Assembly (NCBI GenBank): GCA_041752695.1
Contig: JBGSVZ010000031.1
Span: 96,001 to 160,000, forward strand
Length of the DNA: 64,000 nt
Source of the DNA: Terrimicrobiaceae bacterium
Lineage (GTDB): Bacteria > Verrucomicrobiota > Verrucomicrobiia > Chthoniobacterales > Terrimicrobiaceae
Direction of reading: 5' to 3'
This document shows, one piece after another, positions 10,018-19,718 of this stretch. The notes below the pieces were generated by a model, which saw only the letters and a list, made by a program, of their open reading frames with translations, ran no database searches and had not been told where the DNA came from. Every line of letters begins with the position of its first letter. Position 1 is the first letter of the stretch. The translations under genes were made by a program, and so were the position numbers.

Positions 10018-12348
10018 TTAGGATGTTGCGGATCGTGGCGTATCGCATTTCATGGCTTCGCCAGGCTGGAGTTTGTAGGAGGTGATGGATCCCGACTTCC
10101 ACTGCACGCGGTATTTGGCGGGGTAATCGGTGGGATTGGTGATGGTTAGACTTCCTGCTGCGTTCAGTGCTGCTGTGATGTGATCGAATCGCCAGACTTT
10201 GTCGCCATCGACATAGACGGAGGGCAGGTCGAGTTCACTGAGGAGCATGGCGTTGGCGGGCCAGACAGCGCTGATGCAGTAGGCCGTGCCGAAGTCGGCC
10301 AGGGCGTCGTTGAAGGACGCGCTCTCGGTCATTTGGCCAACCTGCAGTTCGCCCCAATGTTGACCGGGGCGAATGATCATTTGCATCGACATCCGGGTGA
10401 GGTCGGAGAGGAAATCCAGGAGACGGGTGAGGCCGGTGTGTTCGTAGAGGTCGAGGAGGAAACGTCCGCTGTTGACGCAGAGGCCGGGAGTCCCGCAGGC
10501 GTTTTGAGTCGAGGCAACCATAGCTCCGAAGGCGTGGAAGCCGTTGCGTCCGTGCATGCTTTCGGGGGGAAATTCGATGTGTTCATCGAGTGCCCACGTC
10601 GCAAGAAGATCGGCGGCTTGAACGGCCCACTGTAGATGTTGGGGGTCTTGGGTCACGGAGTGGAGATGCGTCAGCCCCTCGGCCAGGGCGGTCAGGCTTT
10701 CGTTGTCGGTCGTGCCCTGCATCACGTCGGAGGGACCGCCCCAGACATCACCGCGATTCAATCCTTCGCGAACGCATAGCTCCGCGAGGTTGGTGGCGAC
10801 GGTGAGCCATTCGGGCTGATTCCAACGCACCGAACCCCGTGCTAGCAAACCGATGGCACGTGATCCGCCGAAGCCTCCCGGCCAGGCCGCGCGTTCGGTG
10901 AGGGGATCGAGCAGGAACGGGAGATTGCCGTCGCGCCGCACGATTCGCACCAGGGCTTCGCACGCTCTGCGGAGAGCGTCATCCAAGCGATTCGCCAGCG
11001 CCACGTCGTCGTTGTTTCCGCCGTTACCCAAGGCATCCACCAGTTCCAATCCGTGCGGGATGGTGTCGGTGGTGCGCCGCACGGTCATGGCTCCCATGGT
11101 GTGAAACGTTTCCAGATTGCCATCGCTGCCGAGCCACTTTTCATTAAGGCGAACTCCGTAAAACAAGCCGCCCGGTGCCTGGGCTTCGTCGAGGAGGAGG
11201 CGGATCATTTGGCGGATGCGTTGGCGCACTTGTTCGCTGCCTTGGCCATACATTCCCATCATCATGGAAGTGCCGTGACCCCAGCCCAAGACGAGTTCGC
11301 GCGGGTTTTCCAGTTCGCCGTTGCGATAGAATCCCGCGTCGTTCCAGCGATGATCGTCGAGCCACTGAATAAGATGCGCTGTGGCGTGACTGCGCGGCAT
11401 GACATCGGGAATACCCGGAGCCACGCCCGTCTGGCCGGGAGCTTTTCCTTGCCGGCGCAACTCCCGTTCTCCCTGCCACGAGGTGACGAATTCGGGGATG
11501 GATGGAGCTGAGACAGGAGCCAGGCGCAGATCGACGTGGGCGCTTTCTCCATCGGTAAAAAGATGCGGACGATCCGGAGCTAAATCCCAATAACAAAGGC
11601 GATAGCGGCGATTGCGCACGCAGGGATTTTCGACGGTGACTTGATGGAAATCCGCATCAGGGTCGGCCGTATGGATGACGCCGAGCACACGTCCACTTTC
11701 CGCGCGTGCGTAGCCGAGATGAATGCCGCTTTGGTTCTCAGGATCATAGGCGCTGACCGAGGCCGAGGAGGCTTGATAACCCCAGATGTGCGCTGTCCAC
11801 CAGGTCGAAGCATCCTGCCGGGGAATGTCGGCGATGACTCGGCGCGAAAGGGATTGTTCGCGTGTCCTCAGTTCATAATCCGTCGGCAAAGGACAATAGG
11901 TGCGCGGCACCACGATATTGGCCCGGTTGCCATTGTAAATCGAGCCGGGAATGAGCGTGTAAGCCCGCCGGGGCGGAGCGGCAAACTGGGTGTGCACCCG
12001 CACCGAAGCCGCGCGCGGTTCGCCTCGACGGGTAAAGCGGGTGTTCAGCCGGAAGCCTTCGCCATCGACCGAAACCCGTGTTTCCGCCAACCACGCTCCG
12101 TTTTGCGTGTCCAATATTTCGCCCTGCAAAATCCAAGTCGCGTCTTCGGAAAGATCCACTTGCGACCACGCTGCCCGACGTTCTCCATCAGGGAGATTGT
12201 TCCCCTTTTGATACCAGCAAACTCCGAGTGGCTGACGAAACGAAGCACAGGTCTCGATGCCGGTACCAGCGTGGATTTCATATCGATTGTCAGCGATTAT
12301 TAGCCGCAGCCAACGATCTCCGGTTCTAAGTTCAGCGAGGGGATCCAT
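10018..12348 (-). CDS. Uncharacterised protein, possible (alpha/alpha)6-barrel glycosidase
   Basis: 776-aa ORF starting 3 nt after the upstream GH74-like stop; beta-rich N-terminal half, helical C-terminal half (DNES, AADLLATW, ASTQN); no signal peptide. Confidence 0.55.
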   Translation of the reverse strand: MDPLAELRTGDRWLRLIIADNRYEIHAGTGIETCASFRQPLGVCWYQKGNNLPDGERRAAWSQVDLSEDATWILQGEILDTQNGAWLAETRVSVDGEGFRLNTRFTRRGEPRAASVRVHTQFAAPPRRAYTLIPGSIYNGNRANIVVPRTYCPLPTDYELRTREQSLSRRVIADIPRQDASTWWTAHIWGYQASSASVSAYDPENQSGIHLGYARAESGRVLGVIHTADPDADFHQVTVENPCVRNRRYRLCYWDLAPDRPHLFTDGESAHVDLRLAPVSAPSIPEFVTSWQGERELRRQGKAPGQTGVAPGIPDVMPRSHATAHLIQWLDDHRWNDAGFYRNGELENPRELVLGWGHGTSMMMGMYGQGSEQVRQRIRQMIRLLLDEAQAPGGLFYGVRLNEKWLGSDGNLETFHTMGAMTVRRTTDTIPHGLELVDALGNGGNNDDVALANRLDDALRRACEALVRIVRRDGNLPFLLDPLTERAAWPGGFGGSRAIGLLARGSVRWNQPEWLTVATNLAELCVREGLNRGDVWGGPSDVMQGTTDNESLTALAEGLTHLHSVTQDPQHLQWAVQAADLLATWALDEHIEFPPESMHGRNGFHAFGAMVASTQNACGTPGLCVNSGRFLLDLYEHTGLTRLLDFLSDLTRMSMQMIIRPGQHWGELQVGQMTESASFNDALADFGTAYCISAVWPANAMLLSELDLPSVYVDGDKVWRFDHITAALNAAGSLTITNPTDYPAKYRVQWKSGSITSYKLQPGEAMKCDTPRSATS

Positions 12349-12351
12349 AAT

Positions 12352-14715
12352 TTATGGTTTCGCCGGAACGCCGTAAACGATCCCGCTGGCGCCTTCGCCG
12401 AGATAGACGCGCCCGTAAACCTGACGGTCGGCGGCGAGCACGCGTATGCCGGTGCCGATGTAGCCATCTAACTTGGTCCAAGTGGTTCCGAGGTCGGTGG
12501 AACGATAAACGCCCGTTCCTTCCGAACCTTTGCCATAGACGTAGACCGTAGGGTTACTGCTGCCAGGGGCTTCTTTGCCGAAGGCGACCATTTGGCTAAG
12601 ATCGACTTCGCCCGTGAATTCCGGCACTTTCGTAAAGGTTTCACCGAAGTCGCTGCTCCGCCAAATGCCATTGTCATTCAAGCCCATCCAGATCTCGCCG
12701 GCTTTTCCTGGGCAGACCGCCATCGTGATCGGAGCGGTTGCCGGACCTTTGCCACCGCGACCCAACATGGGTTTGCCATCGGGTTTATTCCACTCCTTCT
12801 GCGTCCAGGTGGCACCGCCATCGGTGCTCACGAAAAAGCCGGGGTTTTTCCACGTCGAGTAGGCGTAAAAAACGCCATCTTTGACCCGATCCGCCCGCAC
12901 GGTGGCGTCCCAATCGTAAGCGTCAATCGAGCCGCTCACGTAAAACGGCGCGTCCGTTCCTGCGATTTTGCACTCCTCCCACGTATTGCCTCCATCTTTG
13001 GAGTAGCGGGCGATTTGTCCGTTGGCCGGACCGAAGACGACGTTGGAGCCATCCGGAGACATCGCAACGTCGCCGCCGATGCTGCCTTTGTCGGCTATGG
13101 GGCGGTTCATCAGTTCCCACGTCATCCCGCCGTCCTCCGAACGCAGCACGTTACTGATGGAGTTGCGCCAATCCTTACACGCCATCATCACCAGCGGATT
13201 GCTTTCGGCGTAGTCGTAGCCAGTGACGTAAGAGTGACCGTAGTCGTTGAAATCCTTGCGTTCGCGGCCCTCTACCCAGCTGCCGATGGGCGACTGGTCA
13301 AGGTCGGTGTGGCGAAATCCGCGCACGTCCGAGACGCCGGAGTAAAGCGGAGCGGTTTTGCCCGTAGGCTCGGCAGGCGGGGTGCAGAGGTTGAGCGTGA
13401 TGACGTCCTCGGCGTTACGGTTGTCCAACTCCCACGTGATCTCGTCACTCCAGATGTTTTCGGTGCGGTAGTTTTGGAAGACGCCGAACATGTAGCCGCG
13501 GTTCGGGGTGTGGGGATCGATGGCGAGGCCGCCACTGTTGATAAGGTGACGGAGCCCGAGCTTATCCTTGGCCCAGCCGGTGACGCTTTCGCCGAGTTTA
13601 TGGGTGGTGACAGTCCAGGTCGCGCCCGCGTCGTTGCTTTTCCAGATTTCCCAGTTTCCCACCACGCGAGGCGGCTTGCCCTCGATCGGGGTAACCTTGG
13701 CCGACATGCCGGTGATGATGACTTGATCCGAGTTACCCGGATCGACCGCGAGGCCCCAAGTGCCGCGACTTTTCATGCTCTCGGGGAAGTCGGGATACAT
13801 GCCGGGGGCTCCTTCCGGTTGAACATTCACGCCGGTTTTCGGGCTGATGTCGGTCCAGTTATCCGGCGTTCTTCGGGGGTCGTCATTGCGAAACACACCC
13901 ATCGTTCCCGTGGCGTAGAGTCGTCCGTTGCCGCCCATCCGCATCCAACGCACATTGGTCGGGCTGCCGGCCATGAGGGTGAACGTGTCGCCGCCGTTAT
14001 CCGAACGAAACACGCCCAAACCCGCCACTGCGACATAAACAAAGCGAGAACGATTCTGAAATTTTTCTACCGGATCGACCACCACACTGCGGCTGAAGAA
14101 ATCAATTTCACCCGGCTGTTGAGGAAGAACATTTGTAAAAACGGGCTCCGCTTCGTCGGCATTAATCGAACGATAAAGTCCGTCGGTTTTGGTGCGGAAA
14201 TAGACGACATTGGCGTTCTTGGGATCGATCACCACGTTCGGCCCGAATTGACGTCCTTTGTTGAGAGAAAACGCGTTCGACTCGACATCCTTCACGCGCA
14301 CCCAATTTCTTCCAGCGTTAGTGGTTTTATAAAGATCATCCCGCTTGGTGTAGTCCTGCGTGAAGTTGGAATAGGCAATATCGGGATTGGTCGGATGCAC
14401 GGCCAGACCGGCACTCGACCCGTTGAGGAATGGCTCGGTGTAGCTCCGATCAAAATTGCAGGAGAGCCACGGCTCAGTGATGGCATCCCGCCGCCAGGGA
14501 CCGGCCACGTCGGAGCGGAGGTAGGCCCGATCTTTCTGGGAAGGGGCGAATTCCACGCCGATGTAATAACCTCCGCCTCCGATCACGACCGGTTTCCATT
14601 GGTAGGCTTCCGTGGGTTGTGCGATGGCGGAAATGCCGGGCAATACCGTCAGGCCAACCAGTAACGATGCGGAAGCGATTCGAGATAGGGAGACCGGCTG
14701 AAGGAATGTTTTCAT
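12352..14715 (-). CDS. GH74-like BNR-repeat glycoside hydrolase (paralog A)
   Basis: Signal peptide; YQWKPVVIGGGGY, RSDVAG, GVSDVRGF, Asp-boxes, ADRQVYGRVYLG. Confidence 0.85.
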   Translation of the reverse strand: MKTFLQPVSLSRIASASLLVGLTVLPGISAIAQPTEAYQWKPVVIGGGGYYIGVEFAPSQKDRAYLRSDVAGPWRRDAITEPWLSCNFDRSYTEPFLNGSSAGLAVHPTNPDIAYSNFTQDYTKRDDLYKTTNAGRNWVRVKDVESNAFSLNKGRQFGPNVVIDPKNANVVYFRTKTDGLYRSINADEAEPVFTNVLPQQPGEIDFFSRSVVVDPVEKFQNRSRFVYVAVAGLGVFRSDNGGDTFTLMAGSPTNVRWMRMGGNGRLYATGTMGVFRNDDPRRTPDNWTDISPKTGVNVQPEGAPGMYPDFPESMKSRGTWGLAVDPGNSDQVIITGMSAKVTPIEGKPPRVVGNWEIWKSNDAGATWTVTTHKLGESVTGWAKDKLGLRHLINSGGLAIDPHTPNRGYMFGVFQNYRTENIWSDEITWELDNRNAEDVITLNLCTPPAEPTGKTAPLYSGVSDVRGFRHTDLDQSPIGSWVEGRERKDFNDYGHSYVTGYDYAESNPLVMMACKDWRNSISNVLRSEDGGMTWELMNRPIADKGSIGGDVAMSPDGSNVVFGPANGQIARYSKDGGNTWEECKIAGTDAPFYVSGSIDAYDWDATVRADRVKDGVFYAYSTWKNPGFFVSTDGGATWTQKEWNKPDGKPMLGRGGKGPATAPITMAVCPGKAGEIWMGLNDNGIWRSSDFGETFTKVPEFTGEVDLSQMVAFGKEAPGSSNPTVYVYGKGSEGTGVYRSTDLGTTWTKLDGYIGTGIRVLAADRQVYGRVYLGEGASGIVYGVPAKP

Positions 14716-14848
14716 AGGATTCAGGGAAGAGAGGGGTTGACGCTGGCAAGACGCATTTGTGCGATACGATCAGCGACTAAAACCTTACACTTCGGAGGGG
14801 CGATGATAAATGGATGTTCTGTTCAAAAATTTATGTAATTTAATCACG

Positions 14849-15637
14849 ATGAATACTCCGTTTACCTTTCGGCATCACAATCATTTACCCGGATTTCAAA
14901 ATTGGGTGGATCGCACATTCCCCGGCATCCATGCCCTGAACTACGCCCACAGCGGACGCGTTCTTTGGGGCATCGACGGAAGTCCTTTGCGGGAACTCCA
15001 CGGCCCGGTCGCGTGGTGGACCTGGCCGGGGCCGCGCTTTACCTACGGGTGGCGCGAATCTCCGACCTGGGATCATCGCTATTTGACTTTTCACGGACGC
15101 TGGGCCGAAGACCTGGCGGAATTGGGATGGTTTCCGACGCAGGCGGCGACGGCGTTTTGTCCCATCTCCGATGCGGATTCGTTTCGGTTGCGGATGGATC
15201 GTTTGTTTATGCACATCGAAGATCAGCAAACCGACCGTGCGTGGGCGATCCTGCTCGATTTATTCCAAACCATTCGCGACGAACAATCGCAGCAACAACA
15301 ACTCGAGCCGCGCGTCAAAGCGCTGCGGGCCCTGATGACCGCCATTCACGAACGGCCCGCCGATAATTGGCGGGAAAACACCGCCGCCCAATCGTGTGGC
15401 ATCTCCCCACCACATTTCCGGCGTCTGTTTCGAGCCGAAGCCGGGCTGCCTTTTTGGAAATATGTCTGCGCGGAACGCATGGCCCTCGCTGCATCCTGCC
15501 TGCGGCGTGGTTCACCGGAAATCAAAGAAATCGCCGAGCTCTGCCGTATGCCGGACGTCTATCATTTCTCCCGAATGTTCCGCGCCCACTACGGCCAACC
15601 CCCCGCCCGCTACCGGCAGGAATTAAGGAATCCTTAG
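14849..15637 (+). CDS. AraC-family regulator
   Basis: N-terminal cupin-like region; C-terminal double HTH (SPPHFRRLF...IKEIAELCRMPDVYHFSRMF...PARYR). Alternative start at 14810. Confidence 0.92.
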   Translation: MNTPFTFRHHNHLPGFQNWVDRTFPGIHALNYAHSGRVLWGIDGSPLRELHGPVAWWTWPGPRFTYGWRESPTWDHRYLTFHGRWAEDLAELGWFPTQAATAFCPISDADSFRLRMDRLFMHIEDQQTDRAWAILLDLFQTIRDEQSQQQQLEPRVKALRALMTAIHERPADNWRENTAAQSCGISPPHFRRLFRAEAGLPFWKYVCAERMALAASCLRRGSPEIKEIAELCRMPDVYHFSRMFRAHYGQPPARYRQELRNP

Positions 15638-15659
15638 TGGCAGCCAATGGCGATTTTCC

Positions 15660-16052
15660 TCACAAAAGCAGCGCTGGATGACCTGGCCGCACGGCCTTGA
15701 TAGGGGATCGTTTGTAATCCGAAAGGTTGCGGGTGACGATCACTTGCGCCCCGAAGAGTAAAGCGGACGAAGCTTGCATGGCGTCCTCCAAGTCCCCGAA
15801 CCCGAGTTCCAATGCCCTTTTCATCTCCGAAGTACCCGTTCCGCGAATCACACAAAAGTCGGTGAGTTCTTCGATGAACTTCCAGGCTCCGTCCTCGCTC
15901 AGGTAATGAATATTGGCCATGCCATGCCAGGAGACTGCGCATTGTCCGGGATGCGTTTCCGCCCAGTCAAGCACCGCCGCGCTCTCCTCAAAGTGGCCAT
16001 TTCGTTCCAGCAACACATCCAAGAGGATATCCGTGTCAATGAAGATGCGCAT
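15660..16052 (-). CDS. PIN-domain (VapC-like) toxin
   Basis: IFIDTDILLD...DLEDAMQ...IVTRNLSDY, the PIN acidic residues. Confidence 0.88.
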   Translation of the reverse strand: MRIFIDTDILLDVLLERNGHFEESAAVLDWAETHPGQCAVSWHGMANIHYLSEDGAWKFIEELTDFCVIRGTGTSEMKRALELGFGDLEDAMQASSALLFGAQVIVTRNLSDYKRSPIKAVRPGHPALLL

Positions 16053-16053
16053 C

Positions 16054-16266
16054 CTACTTGGTCAGTTTGTATTTGGCCTGCAGCCGTGCGGCACGCTCGT
16101 CGAGAGGTGCGGAAAGCTGCATCTTACCCTTCCAGCGTTGGGAGAAAGAACGGCTGCGTTCCTTTTGAGGCGGGCCGGAAGCCTCAACCAGAAGTTTTTC
16201 CACCAGTGCGGACAGGCTGATTCCCTGGCGGCGAGCCACATCTTTGGCCCGGTGGGAAACTGTCAT
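16054..16266 (-). CDS. RHH-type antitoxin (DUF6364-like), N-terminus possibly truncated
   Basis: RAKDVARRQGISLSALVE...FSQRWKG; lies immediately upstream of the PIN gene. Confidence 0.7.
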   Translation of the reverse strand: MTVSHRAKDVARRQGISLSALVEKLLVEASGPPQKERSRSFSQRWKGKMQLSAPLDERAARLQAKYKLTK

Positions 16267-16322
16267 GCGGAATTTTACCTGTCCCTCCAACTGGCCTATT
16301 CTTCTCGGAATGTTGTGCGGCC

Positions 16323-16799
16323 TTACCCCTTTTCATCCGCCCGATTTGCAGGTGATTGCACCGTGAAGTTATAGAAATAGAACTCCCGATCCCTTTGCCA
16401 GCCTTCGCGTTCGTAGAGTCGCTGTGCGGCCACGTTGGTGATGGCAGTGCTTAGTTGGAGTTGGACGGCATGATTAGCCTGGGCAAAATCCGTCGTCGCT
16501 CTCAAAAGTTCAGCCCCAACGCCCCGCCCCCGGCTCTCCGGGCCCACAAATAGATCGTCAAGAATATAAACCGGTCCCGCCGCCAATGAGCAAAAGCTCG
16601 GGTACATTTGCACAAAACCAAGCGCCTGCCGCTCCTCGCCCAGCGCCAAAAAGACGACCGACTGTCCGAGTACCAGCCGTTCCTCCAAAAATGTCCGCGC
16701 CAGAACCAGATCAGACACGTACCCGTAAAACTGCCGATACCCATCGAAGAGCGGCACCAGTGCCTCTAGATCATTCAAAGTGGCTTGGCGGATATTCAT
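16323..16799 (-). CDS. GNAT acetyltransferase
   Basis: LDDLFV..RGRGVG, NVAAQRLYEREGW. Confidence 0.92.
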   Translation of the reverse strand: MNIRQATLNDLEALVPLFDGYRQFYGYVSDLVLARTFLEERLVLGQSVVFLALGEERQALGFVQMYPSFCSLAAGPVYILDDLFVGPESRGRGVGAELLRATTDFAQANHAVQLQLSTAITNVAAQRLYEREGWQRDREFYFYNFTVQSPANRADEKG

Positions 16800-16886
16800 G
16801 TAAAGCGGAAAATTATCTTCCCGAAAATCATTTACCCATTCCTCTGACGTCCGCGAACCTCAGTCATTCGCACGCGGTTCTGCGGG

Positions 16887-17606
16887 TTACCACGGCAGGC
16901 AATTCCCTAAATGATAGAATCCACCCGTTGGACCATCGGCCGGGAGGGTAGCCAGCTGCACGGCTGTCTTGGCTCCCTCTTCTACCGTCAGCGTGCCGGC
17001 GGGATTGGCATCGGTCGCCACTGCGCCAGGATGTGCCGAATTCACCTTGATCGTCGTGTCTTTGAGTGCGTCGGCGAGATGCACCGTGAAGGCATTGACC
17101 ACCGTTTTGCTGGAGTTGTAGGCCAGCGGCTTAAATCCTTCCATCCCGGCTCCCGGCGTGGAATGCAGGGTGAGCGAACCCAGCGCACTGGATTGGTTGA
17201 CGATACGACCTGCCGTACTTTTTCGTAACAACGGCAGGAGTTGCTGCGTGAGATCCACTAACGCAAAAAAGTTCGCCTCGAACGTATCGCGCAGCATTTG
17301 CATCGGCACATTGGCTGCGGTGTAAGCCCAATCATTTGCAAAACCCGCATTATTTACGAGCACATCGAGTCGTCCATACTCGGCTGCAATCAGATCGTGC
17401 AGCTTCGAAAACGTTTTGGCGTCATTCATATCCACGAGCACCGCCTGCACATCGAGCCCTTCCGCTTGCAACTTCGCCGCCGCCTCCGCCCCGCGCGATG
17501 GCTCCCGCGCACCGAGCAGGACCGTGTATCCCAGCGCCCCCAGTTGACGACAAATTTCCAGACCAATGCCTTTGTTGGCCCCGGTCACAAGTGCGATGTT
17601 TTTCAT
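16887..17606 (-). CDS. Short-chain dehydrogenase/carbonyl reductase
   Basis: TGANKGIG, VLVNNAG, YNSSK. Confidence 0.94.
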   Translation of the reverse strand: MKNIALVTGANKGIGLEICRQLGALGYTVLLGAREPSRGAEAAAKLQAEGLDVQAVLVDMNDAKTFSKLHDLIAAEYGRLDVLVNNAGFANDWAYTAANVPMQMLRDTFEANFFALVDLTQQLLPLLRKSTAGRIVNQSSALGSLTLHSTPGAGMEGFKPLAYNSSKTVVNAFTVHLADALKDTTIKVNSAHPGAVATDANPAGTLTVEEGAKTAVQLATLPADGPTGGFYHLGNCLPW

Positions 17607-17737
17607 GTGGTTTTAAGGTTTGCTGGAACCACGCAAGCATAGTGCAGCGTGTTTTCAAGTTCGTTCGAGAGGAGGTGATGCCCAAAACACAGGCTCGCAT
17701 GACAGCGATTAATCTACCTGTCCCTTGTTTGCATGTA

Positions 17738-18247
17738 TCATTCCCGGAAGCTGCGAACCATGTTCAAGTAGTCGCCGGCCCCCGTCGCAAACTGGGTGAA
17801 ACCGAAAGCATGGTAAAGCCGCAGAGCCACGTGGTTGGCGGGGTGGACGCCTAGGGAAATAGCAGGACAAAGGGGTGCGACTGTCTCAAGATGCTGATCG
17901 AGTAGCTTTGTGCCGACGCCCTGGCCTTGGAAATTCTCAAAAACGGCGATACCCAACTGGGGTGTGCGCAAGTCGTAAAACGCACCGCCTGGCTGGGGCG
18001 GTAGGAGGAGACGCTGCCAGACCACCCCGAGACAGACGCCATCCTCGGCAACGGCTACAAAGCCCATGTCGAGGGGTTGGGATGACCAATCCTCGACATA
18101 ACAGGCAATCTGCGGAAGTGACAGAACGCTGCGGGGACGTCGCAGTGATTCCGGCGGATCCCACAGTGCCACGTAGAGGGCGTCCCAAAGAAGATCCTGG
18201 TCTGCCTTCGTCAAACGGCGGAGCGCTATTGAGGAGTTTGGCGTCAT
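17738..18247 (-). CDS. GNAT acetyltransferase
   Basis: FQGQGVGTKLL, SLGVHPANHVALRLYHAFGF. Confidence 0.88.
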   Translation of the reverse strand: MTPNSSIALRRLTKADQDLLWDALYVALWDPPESLRRPRSVLSLPQIACYVEDWSSQPLDMGFVAVAEDGVCLGVVWQRLLLPPQPGGAFYDLRTPQLGIAVFENFQGQGVGTKLLDQHLETVAPLCPAISLGVHPANHVALRLYHAFGFTQFATGAGDYLNMVRSFRE

Positions 18248-18386
18248 AACCCGGACCTGCTGGTAGATAGCACGGCTCATAGCCAAGGTGATGCCGCGGC
18301 AGCCAACTGTAGTCCCCACGTAGGAATGGCAATCGACTTTTCGAGCCGGCGGAGACAGTTCATGATCATAGATTGAGCGAAAACTA

Positions 18387-19694
18387 CTACAACACACGCC
18401 CGGCTTTGATGACCTCGGCGTAGTATTTTCCGCTCAGTTTTACCGTGCGCTCCATGGTGCGGTAGTTGGTGCGGACGAGGCCGAAGCGTGCGGAGAAGCC
18501 TTCCATCCACTCGAAGTTGTCCATGAAGGACCAGTGGAAATAGCCTTTGATCGGCAGGCCGTCGGCATGGGCACGTTGGACGTGGGCGAGGTGTTCGCGG
18601 AGGAATTCGATGCGGTCGATGTCGAGCACCTCGCCGTTGCGCTGTTCTTTGTCGTTGGCAGTCATTCCGTTTTCCGTGATGTAAACCGGAACGTCGCCGA
18701 AGTGATCCTGACTGTGTTTGATGAGGGAATAAATCGAGCGGGGAGCGATGTTCCAGCCGAGCTGGTTTTTCGGATAGCTGGCGGGGAAATCAATGACCTC
18801 ATAACCACGGGCGTTGTCGGCGGCGCGGACGACAGAGCCAGAGTAGATGTTGTAGCCGGCGAAGTCCACGGGGGTACCGATGACTTTCATTTCTTCGTCG
18901 GTAGTTTCGGGGAGGTTCTCTTTGTATTGCTCGAAATATTCGTCGCTGTATTTGCCCTCGAAAATGGGGAACGTGATCCGCGCGTTGCTATATTTGAAGG
19001 CGCGGCTGGCGGCGGCGATGTGTTCCGGTGTGTCATAGACGGGATGTTCAGACCAGAGGGCTTCGGCGAAGCCGGCGTTGAGTGGTTGTTTTGCCCCGGC
19101 CCGCAACCCTGCGAGGGCGTGACCGTGGCCGAGGAGGGCGTTGTGCACGATTTGCAGGGGCTGGCCCATGGTGAAGACGTGGATTTCGTTGGTGGTGATC
19201 CAGTTTTTTACCCGGTCGGAATAAAGCTCCGCGACGCGTTGGGCGAAGTCGCCGAGGCGCTTGGAGACTTCCTTGCTCTTCCATCCGCCGTATTTGTCTT
19301 CGAGCGCCTGGGGTAAATCCCAGTGGTAGCAAGTCACCCAGGGCGTAATGCCGTTGGCAAGAAGTTCATCAATCAGGCGATCGTAAAAATCCACACCCTT
19401 GGGATTTAGGCCGCCTTCGCCATCGGGAAGGATACGCGACCACGAAAGTGAGAAGCGGTAGGCATTGAGGTGGAGCGAACGCATGATGGCGACGTCCTCT
19501 TTGTAACGATGATAGTGATCGCAGGCGCGTTCGCCCGAGTCGTTGTTTTTGATGAAACCGGGCTTCAGGCAGTTGGTATCCCAGATGGAAGGAGCGCGTC
19601 CGTCTTCGGCGACGGCTCCCTCGATTTGATAAGCGGCGGTGGCGGTGCCCCAGACGAAGTCGGCGGGGAAATGGGTGGAGGTCGTGATTTGCAT
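18387..19694 (-). CDS. GH1 beta-glucosidase
   Basis: ATAAYQIEG, CDHYHRY, YRFSLSWSRI, HWDLP, TNE, ITENG, DNFEW. Confidence 0.95.
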   Translation of the reverse strand: MQITTSTHFPADFVWGTATAAYQIEGAVAEDGRAPSIWDTNCLKPGFIKNNDSGERACDHYHRYKEDVAIMRSLHLNAYRFSLSWSRILPDGEGGLNPKGVDFYDRLIDELLANGITPWVTCYHWDLPQALEDKYGGWKSKEVSKRLGDFAQRVAELYSDRVKNWITTNEIHVFTMGQPLQIVHNALLGHGHALAGLRAGAKQPLNAGFAEALWSEHPVYDTPEHIAAASRAFKYSNARITFPIFEGKYSDEYFEQYKENLPETTDEEMKVIGTPVDFAGYNIYSGSVVRAADNARGYEVIDFPASYPKNQLGWNIAPRSIYSLIKHSQDHFGDVPVYITENGMTANDKEQRNGEVLDIDRIEFLREHLAHVQRAHADGLPIKGYFHWSFMDNFEWMEGFSARFGLVRTNYRTMERTVKLSGKYYAEVIKAGRVL

Positions 19695-19718
19695 AAAGGC
19701 TAAAGAGATGATGTGAGG

